Source of the DNA: an uncultured delta proteobacterium | GTDB lineage: Bacteria; Desulfobacterota; RBG-13-43-22 | DNA length: 64,000 nt | Assembly: GCA_963802945.1 (NCBI GenBank) | Contig: CAWDKY010000017.1 | Coordinates: 192,001-256,000, forward strand | Reading direction: 5' to 3' | Shown: piece after piece, positions 57,628 through 64,000 of the stretch | Layout: each line of letters begins with the position of its first letter | Position numbering within the stretch: position 1 is the first letter of the stretch | The notes under the pieces: model-generated | Seen by the model: only the letters and a program-made list of their open reading frames with translations | What the model was told of the DNA's origin: nothing | Database searches by the model: none | Made by a program: the position numbers and the translations under genes

Positions 57628-59172
57628 TTGAAAACACAATTCATTTTCCGTTTTTTGCTCGTCGGTTTCATTTTCTTAGGATTATGTGCCGTTGAAACCT
57701 TCAAGCTCGAGAGCAGCCCCCATCTTGAGTGGGATGAGGGCTGGACGGCCCTGGTGGCCCGTAACTGGGTTGAAAAAGGGCATTATGGCTTATGGTTGAT
57801 GGGAAAGCCGGCTCCACCGGCCCTTAATGCCTCCTTTCCTACCAGCAGTCTGGTGGCCCTTAGTTTTAAATGGCTGGGCGTCGGGATTTGGCAGGGGCGC
57901 TTGGTCGGTGTAGTATCTATCATCGGAAGTTTCATCCTGCTCTTTTTGTTAGTCCGCCGGCTTTTTAACCAAAAAACGGCTTGGTTGACCTTGGCGATCC
58001 TGTGCCTATCCCCCTTGCCTTATAAATTTCATCCCCTGGGAATTGGACGACAGATCTTGGCAGAACCGCAGATGCTTTTTTTTATACTGGCCGGGTATCT
58101 TTGCTTTCTATCCGCCCAGGCCAAACCCAGCTTTTATATGCCTTTAACCGTCCTGTTTTGGGGAACGGCCCTGATAACCAAAGCACAGGTCCTGCCTTTT
58201 TGGATAATCGCCTTGTTTATTCCCATGGTAATGAATCTTTATAAACGTCAATGGAAATCGGCCTGGCTTCTTGGAATAGCCCTCTTCGGGTCTTTAACCT
58301 TTTCTTACCTCCTGCTATGGTTTCAAAAACTCCTTTTGCAAGGTCAAACTCTTCCACGTGTTCCGGTCGAGAATCTTTATTGGATTGTCGCTTTTGTGTT
58401 TCAATGGCATATTCGCCTTGAGGCATTAAGCGACTGCTTGTGGTATGGCTGGCCGACCCTGTTGGGGTTAGGATATGGGGGCTGGAAATGGTATAAAAAA
58501 TTTAACCATAGCAATACTGATCCTGAAAAACACATGGTCCAACTTTCTCTACTTTTATTTGTCATAGGGTGGATCTCCTGGTTTGTATTGCTCTCCATCG
58601 GTTATCTTCGATATTTACTTCCGCCGGTCTTTATCGGAAGTATATTTGAAGCTGGATTATTGGGGGATTTGATGGGACGCGTCCGACTTGGATTATCGGC
58701 TGATCGGATAAGGGCGGTGATACGTTCTGTCCCTCTTAAAAGAAAGGTGATCTTTATCTTAGTAATGGTTGTTGGAGCTGCCGGTACCGCCTTCAATATT
58801 TCTATTCCCGATAGACTCCATCGATTCCTTTTCGACTCGGGAGATATTCCGCTTTTCCAAGCTGCCAACTTCCTTAACAACCATACCTCCTCTAAGGCCC
58901 TGATCGAAAGTTTTGATTCTCAAATACTTTTTCTTTTGGATCGTCCCATCCATTATCCACCCCCACACATTAATGGGGAGGTCACCAAACGCGTTTTCTT
59001 AAGACTTCCCTTAACCGTTGACTATGATCCACTCCTGACGACCGACCTGGATTATTTAGTCGTGGGCCCATATGGTCGATTATGGAAGCTTTACGACCCT
59101 ATTCTGAGGGAGAATCAATTTCATTTACTGCATACCTTTGGACTCTATGATATCTATGAACGCCGGCGCTGA
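57628..59172 (+). CDS. ArnT/PMT-like GT-C glycosyltransferase
   Basis: WDEG loop motif, GIWQGRL, LITK, RYLLP. Confidence 0.82.
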   Translation: MKTQFIFRFLLVGFIFLGLCAVETFKLESSPHLEWDEGWTALVARNWVEKGHYGLWLMGKPAPPALNASFPTSSLVALSFKWLGVGIWQGRLVGVVSIIGSFILLFLLVRRLFNQKTAWLTLAILCLSPLPYKFHPLGIGRQILAEPQMLFFILAGYLCFLSAQAKPSFYMPLTVLFWGTALITKAQVLPFWIIALFIPMVMNLYKRQWKSAWLLGIALFGSLTFSYLLLWFQKLLLQGQTLPRVPVENLYWIVAFVFQWHIRLEALSDCLWYGWPTLLGLGYGGWKWYKKFNHSNTDPEKHMVQLSLLLFVIGWISWFVLLSIGYLRYLLPPVFIGSIFEAGLLGDLMGRVRLGLSADRIRAVIRSVPLKRKVIFILVMVVGAAGTAFNISIPDRLHRFLFDSGDIPLFQAANFLNNHTSSKALIESFDSQILFLLDRPIHYPPPHINGEVTKRVFLRLPLTVDYDPLLTTDLDYLVVGPYGRLWKLYDPILRENQFHLLHTFGLYDIYERRR

Positions 59173-59208
59173 GGGACCCTTATCTGGATACTTTGGGGGG
59201 AAAAAGCC

Positions 59209-60012
59209 GTGGATGAGTTGCTTATGATAGATGACCCTTATCATGACCCGATGGGTGAACCTGCTCGGCGAGCAAATTACGAATATCGCCTTGCCCTGGA
59301 TTGCATTTTGCCGTTTCTAAGTCGTTGGAGAGTTGATGTAAGAGGTTTGAAAGTGCTGGATATCGGTTGTGGAAGTGGGGGACTGTCTGTGGCGCTAACC
59401 GAATTGGGCGCTTGCTGTTTGGGGATTGATTATAATACCCAGCGTATCGTAGAAGCTAGGAAAATTGCTACTCAGCATCAGGTTGACGTCCGTTTCTTGG
59501 AAACGGATATTCTGAAGCTGGATGGTTGTGACGAACAATTCGACCTGATCATCTTATCTGAAATTGTAGAACATCTGGTTACCCTGTTAAACGTAGAAGC
59601 ACTGTTAAGTTGGTGCCGGGAACGGCTGGTATCAAGTGGGCGTATCTATGTTTCCTTCCCGCCTTGGTTTAGCCCTTTTGGGGGTCATCAGGCGGGGTGG
59701 CCTGGTATGTGCTATATACCCTGGTATCATCTTCTACCGGACAGAGTCAAGCGGTGGCTTGTGCCCCAACAGGCCTCTAAATACCTCGAGTATGCACAAG
59801 AACTGGATCACCTGACCATCAACGCCTTTGAGAAAGCTGTTGATCGTTCCAGGTTAAAAATTATTCGTCGTCAATTGTTCCATCTCCGACCAGAGTACTA
59901 TTGGCGCTACCGTGTGCCTGCGATACGAGCGGTGCCTTTGATTTCCGACATCCCGGTTGTGAGAGAATTCCTGATAACAGGGGCCTTCTATCTTTTGGCC
60001 TGGCGCATATAA
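59209..60012 (+). CDS. Class I SAM-dependent methyltransferase
   Basis: VLDIGCGSG, FDLIILSEIVEH, FPPWFSPFGGH. Confidence 0.9.
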   Translation: MDELLMIDDPYHDPMGEPARRANYEYRLALDCILPFLSRWRVDVRGLKVLDIGCGSGGLSVALTELGACCLGIDYNTQRIVEARKIATQHQVDVRFLETDILKLDGCDEQFDLIILSEIVEHLVTLLNVEALLSWCRERLVSSGRIYVSFPPWFSPFGGHQAGWPGMCYIPWYHLLPDRVKRWLVPQQASKYLEYAQELDHLTINAFEKAVDRSRLKIIRRQLFHLRPEYYWRYRVPAIRAVPLISDIPVVREFLITGAFYLLAWRI

Positions 60013-60139
60013 GGAAAACTTGCAAAATTTGACTGGGTGATTTAAAAGCGTAAGGCATTCCTGCCTACAGGAAAAACATGCAATCCAAGGCGGCTCGAAT
60101 AGTAATGATCGTTTTGGCTTTGCTCTATCTTGTCCTTTC

Positions 60140-60887
60140 GAGGCACTAAGCGACTACCTGTGGTACGGCTGGCCGACCCTGTTGGGGTTAGGATATGGGG
60201 GCTGGAAATGGTATAAAAAATTTAACCATAGCAATACTGATCCTGAAAAACACATGGTCCAACTTCCCTACTTTTATTTGTCATAGGATGAATCTCCTGG
60301 TTTGTATTGCTCGCCATCAGCGATCGGCGATATTTACTTCCTCCGGTTTTTATGGGAAGTCTTTTTGTAGCCGACTTGCCGATGGATTTGATTGAAAATT
60401 TGTATCTCCGATTTTCTGGTAATCAGACATGAGTAATCGTAGATTATTTTTCTATTAAAGAAATTGTTGCTTGGTTTATTAATATTTATTGGAACTACCT
60501 TGATCTTCTTCAATGTTTCTTTTCCCAATAGACTCCATCATTTCCTTTTTGTCTCTGGAGATATCCCTCTTTTCCAGGCCGCCAGATTCCTTAATAAACA
60601 CACCTCTCCTGAAACCTTGATCGAAAGTTACGAATCCCAGCTCCTTTTCCTTTTGGATCGTCCCTACCCATTGCCCGCCTTCACAGGTTCCTGTGGAAGC
60701 CTCTAAGAGGGTTTTCCTAAGGATTTCCATTGCCGTCGACTATGATCCACTCTTGGCCGACCCGGATTATTTAGTCGTAAGCTCATATGGTCGATTATGG
60801 AGTCTTTATGAACCGCTACTGGCAACAAATCAATTTCGCTTATTGCATACCTTCGGGACCTATGATATCTATAAACCTCGGCGCTGA
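60140..60887 (+). pseudogene. Fragmented paralogous copy of the ArnT-like gene 3' half
   Basis: Nucleotide similarity to 58420-59172 (e.g. GGCTGGCCGACCCTGTTGGGGTTAGGATATGGGGG) with frameshifts. Confidence 0.85.
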
Positions 60888-61296
60888 AGAGTATTTTCTG
60901 GAGACTTTAAAGTAATTAAGTTATGAGAAAAGAAGTCATGAGCTCCAATATAAGTCTTCCTACTGTCATATCCATGTTTAAGCATCTCTTACAACCAAGT
61001 GTGCCTAGGCGAATTTCTAAAAATATTTTGTGGATGGAATGGGAAGAACAGGCAAGTAAATAAGCCGCTGGCAGGCTTTTACGCCGGTGCCCCTGGCCTA
61101 CTTCTTAACCGAAGTAAATAGCAGACTTTCTGACTGGGGATATCAGAAGCACTTAAGGTCCCACGAAAATTGCCTCACCAACCCTAATTTGACGATGTCC
61201 ACCTACAAGTCCTCAAATTTTAATCTGAAGGTGGCTGAAGATTACCAGCCGAAAGGATGCGTGATAAGGTAATAGGCTATGCCTGGTAGCCTCTGA

Positions 61297-61371
61297 GAAC
61301 CGCCTGGTGCGGATACCCGCATGGCAGGTGGTGTGTGAGGAGGGGGAGAGAAATATTCCTCCTTACCCGAT
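61297..61371 (+). mobile_element. Group II (class C-like) intron domains V-VI, ORF-less remnant
   Basis: GAACCGCCTGGTGCGGATACCCGCATGGCAGGTGGTGTG (DV, CGC triad), then a DVI hairpin ending TTACCCGAT. Confidence 0.75.
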
Positions 61372-61383
61372 TAGATGGCGTGC

Positions 61384-62583
61384 CTATCGTGATTTACTTG
61401 CATGTGCCGTCTGTGCAATCCATCCATAAAGAGATTGAGCCAGAATTATGTTCCCGGTATCGTTGAAATGGGAATCATGAGCCCATCGTGTCGAGACTCC
61501 ATTCCTGTTTGCCTTTAAAAGCTCCTCATATAACGGAATGTACCCAAAGCCATGTTCAGCACAAAGCTCATTCAAAGTCCTAGATACAATCTCACCATCT
61601 CCAAAATATTGTGATGCGTCCACAACAACCAATCTGCCGCCCGCATCATGAACTTTTCGCCCTAATTCTTCTATAATCTTCAGGTTAACCGCAAATAATA
61701 TGCCATCTTCATCTGCGTTGTTACTAGGCGGAATCGCATTCTGGTTTGAGGTTTGGTTAAAATGCTGTACCAACCTTTCAAAAAGGGCTTTCCCGTAATA
61801 CAAGGTGAGTAGTCGCATTTTTTTTCTGCGAATTCTCTTACCAGCAAATTCACCCTTTATCAAACCTTCTTGGGTCTTGACAAATCTCTGGTAATCTTTA
61901 GCAGATTTTCGTATCAATAGGCCATTTTCAAGGCCGAAAGTTGGTCTTATCCATAATTTCTCCTTTGCGGTAGAAGTGAATGCTCCGTATCCATACTTGT
62001 CGATCGTTCTTTCCATGTGAAATTTAGCGACAAATATTGCGACATAATCTGGATGATATCTCCTCGTATATTGCTCCCATGTCAGTAAATACTGTCCAAC
62101 TCCATAGTTGGAGATTCCAAAGTTGAGCACTTCCCATCTTTGGAAGCGTTCCGGACTCCTGTCGAGTGCGGTATTTAATCTCCGTTCCAAAAGCTGCGCG
62201 GCAGTCTTTGCAAAAGGGACTTGAATGGCCTCGATAAATGAATCTCCCAGAAGGGCCAAACGTGTTACTCCGGGGGGCTTTGAAAATTCTCTTGCAATGT
62301 CTCTGAATCCAAGAGGATTGGTTTTGACCTCAACACTGAAGTCAGCGGCAAACCAAGAATGACCCGCCCAAGTCCAACGGAGATTGGGAACCTGTTTCCA
62401 TCCTACAGCCTCGTCGGGCTGTAAGAAGAGTACGTCATAGGAGGGACGCATCAAAGCCATCACTTGTCCTGCCGCCTCGATCAAGAGCAAGAGGCCCAGA
62501 AAGACCATAATGTTCACTCCTACGATTGTTAGGGTTTTTGCTTTCAATGAAGAAAAAACTCCTCTTTTATCTCGTTTATCCAT
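61384..62583 (-). CDS. SGNH/GDSL hydrolase family membrane-anchored protein
   Basis: TNPLGFRD, LLGDSF, NFGISNYG, DSHFNDTG. Confidence 0.88.
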   Translation of the reverse strand: MDKRDKRGVFSSLKAKTLTIVGVNIMVFLGLLLLIEAAGQVMALMRPSYDVLFLQPDEAVGWKQVPNLRWTWAGHSWFAADFSVEVKTNPLGFRDIAREFSKPPGVTRLALLGDSFIEAIQVPFAKTAAQLLERRLNTALDRSPERFQRWEVLNFGISNYGVGQYLLTWEQYTRRYHPDYVAIFVAKFHMERTIDKYGYGAFTSTAKEKLWIRPTFGLENGLLIRKSAKDYQRFVKTQEGLIKGEFAGKRIRRKKMRLLTLYYGKALFERLVQHFNQTSNQNAIPPSNNADEDGILFAVNLKIIEELGRKVHDAGGRLVVVDASQYFGDGEIVSRTLNELCAEHGFGYIPLYEELLKANRNGVSTRWAHDSHFNDTGNIILAQSLYGWIAQTAHASKSR

Positions 62584-63082
62584 CTGACGGAACCAGCATC
62601 AACGGGAGTGACTGCCTTTTGCCACAATCCGGAGCCCGGTCAGGTTATGTAAAAACTTATTTATCATAAAGTCCGTACTTAGATTCTAAGCAACCAAATC
62701 TGAGAATTTATCTCTAACTTTCAAATCCAGAGGTTTCGGGGGATTTTATTTTTGGGGTTGTCCACCAATAAGCTTGGAGCTCCGATTGTCGGGCCAAATT
62801 TTGAGTTTAGTCCATTATAGAAACCCTTGCCCGATGGTCAAGGTCAGAGTTTAGTGGCTATGCCTTTTGAACGACTCATTTGTTGTAACCAAAGACAACG
62901 AAACCTAAATTTCAAATATCTTTGTCTAGTATTATACACTATTTTCAAGTTTATCCGGAATAAATAATGATACCTTTGAGTACCTACTTTTCTCCTTGAT
63001 CTTGCTCTTTTCTTGCTTTATACTATTTCCTTTGAAAATCAATTTCTTGTCAATATCAGTAGTTTTAATTGTTGTCAAGAAT

Positions 63083-64000
63083 ATGCAAGAGGGTTCCACC
63101 TTGTTAAAAAAATGTTGCCGAAAATGTCGTCGAGTTATAATGGTAGGCGGCATTATTTTGTTTGATCTACTATTGGTGTTTATCATTGGAGAAGTTGCGC
63201 TCAGGATTATTCCAATTGCCGGGATAAAATATAATGAGTACCGGTTTGATCCTGATGTCGGAAGCGGCTTGTATCCACATTCCAAAGTGATTTATCGCAA
63301 TGATCAAGGCGTTCATGTTGTACGCGAAGTGAATCGTTGGGGGTTTTTGGATAAGGATCATGAGCCCCAAAAACCGGACGGTGTATTTCGAATTGGATTT
63401 TTTGGCGATTCTTATACCGAAGCGGAACATGTTGAATTGAAAGACACCTTTTTTCGACGGATTGAGTCCATGCTTACGCCAAAACGTGTTGAAACACTGG
63501 CTTTCGGGGTCACTGGGTATAGCATGTTGCAGGCCCATTTGCTATTTTTAAAATGGGCCGATTTTTTCGATATTGATCTGGCCGTGTATGTATTTGTTGA
63601 AAACGATTTGGGTGATCAGTTGGCAACCATTGATAGATCCTGGGATAAACCTTATCTTGTTTTGAAAGACGGCGAAATGGTCGTTGACTATGGATTTCGC
63701 GAAAAACATAAACATAAACAAAAATTCTTATATCGAATCGCTAAATATTTAACGGCTAAATCGCTTTTAATGGCCACGGTAAGTGAACGGTTGAAATTAT
63801 TGAAGCGATATGGCATTCAAATGCGGATCACGGAACAGGAACGTAAAATGGCCACAAAAGCAAAGGATGTGGTAAATGTTGTGGCAACTGATTTGCCTTC
63901 AACTTGGCCAATAGCACTTAGAAATGAAGCACAAAAATTGGGCAGACTGGAGCTATTAAAATTTCGTGAGGATGTTGCACGACACCAGAAAGATTTTGCG
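63083..64000 (+). CDS. SGNH/GDSL hydrolase family protein (runs off window end; not in the ORF track)
   Basis: Manual translation: N-terminal TM, NRWGFLD, RIGFFGDSYTE, FGVTGYS, FVENDLGD. Confidence 0.8.
   Translation, partial: MQEGSTLLKKCCRKCRRVIMVGGIILFDLLLVFIIGEVALRIIPIAGIKYNEYRFDPDVGSGLYPHSKVIYRNDQGVHVVREVNRWGFLDKDHEPQKPDGVFRIGFFGDSYTEAEHVELKDTFFRRIESMLTPKRVETLAFGVTGYSMLQAHLLFLKWADFFDIDLAVYVFVENDLGDQLATIDRSWDKPYLVLKDGEMVVDYGFREKHKHKQKFLYRIAKYLTAKSLLMATVSERLKLLKRYGIQMRITEQERKMATKAKDVVNVVATDLPSTWPIALRNEAQKLGRLELLKFREDVARHQKDFA

Noticed and set aside
1-64000. CRISPR array, rRNA, prophage or intact transposase/integrase
   Set aside because: No regularly spaced repeats or recognisable cas, rRNA, phage or recombinase genes were seen

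Overview
This 64-kb window looks like the chromosome of an anaerobic deltaproteobacterium (Desulfobacterota-like; inferred from gene content only). It has four zones. (1) 1-5.2 kb: end of a GIY-YIG nuclease fused to a palindrome-disrupted tRNA-Asn relic, then a 4-hydroxybutyryl-CoA dehydratase-family gene, an RRM protein, IF-1, a carboxylesterase and a histidine phosphatase. (2) 5.3-9.4 kb: an integrase-less array of integron gene cassettes (six attC-like sites) including a TIR-domain gene. The array contains a synonymously diverged second copy of the phosphatase 3' end and a MITE. (3) 9.6-22.9 kb: lepA, then a candidate quorum-sensing operon (PilZ-fused PhcB-like methyltransferase, a PhcS+PhcR-like double hybrid kinase and an HD-GYP response regulator), then hemW and metabolic genes. 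(4) 23.2-64 kb: a large Wzx/Wzy exopolysaccharide locus. It embeds a TPR / NTPase-RsbW / STAS / GAF-HD-GYP partner-switching module and a tandem-RHH regulator behind a duplicated promoter, and carries several local duplications and a group IIC intron 3' remnant in an attC-like site. Many split genes break at homopolymers and may be sequencing indels. All calls come from reading motifs by eye; no database searches were run.
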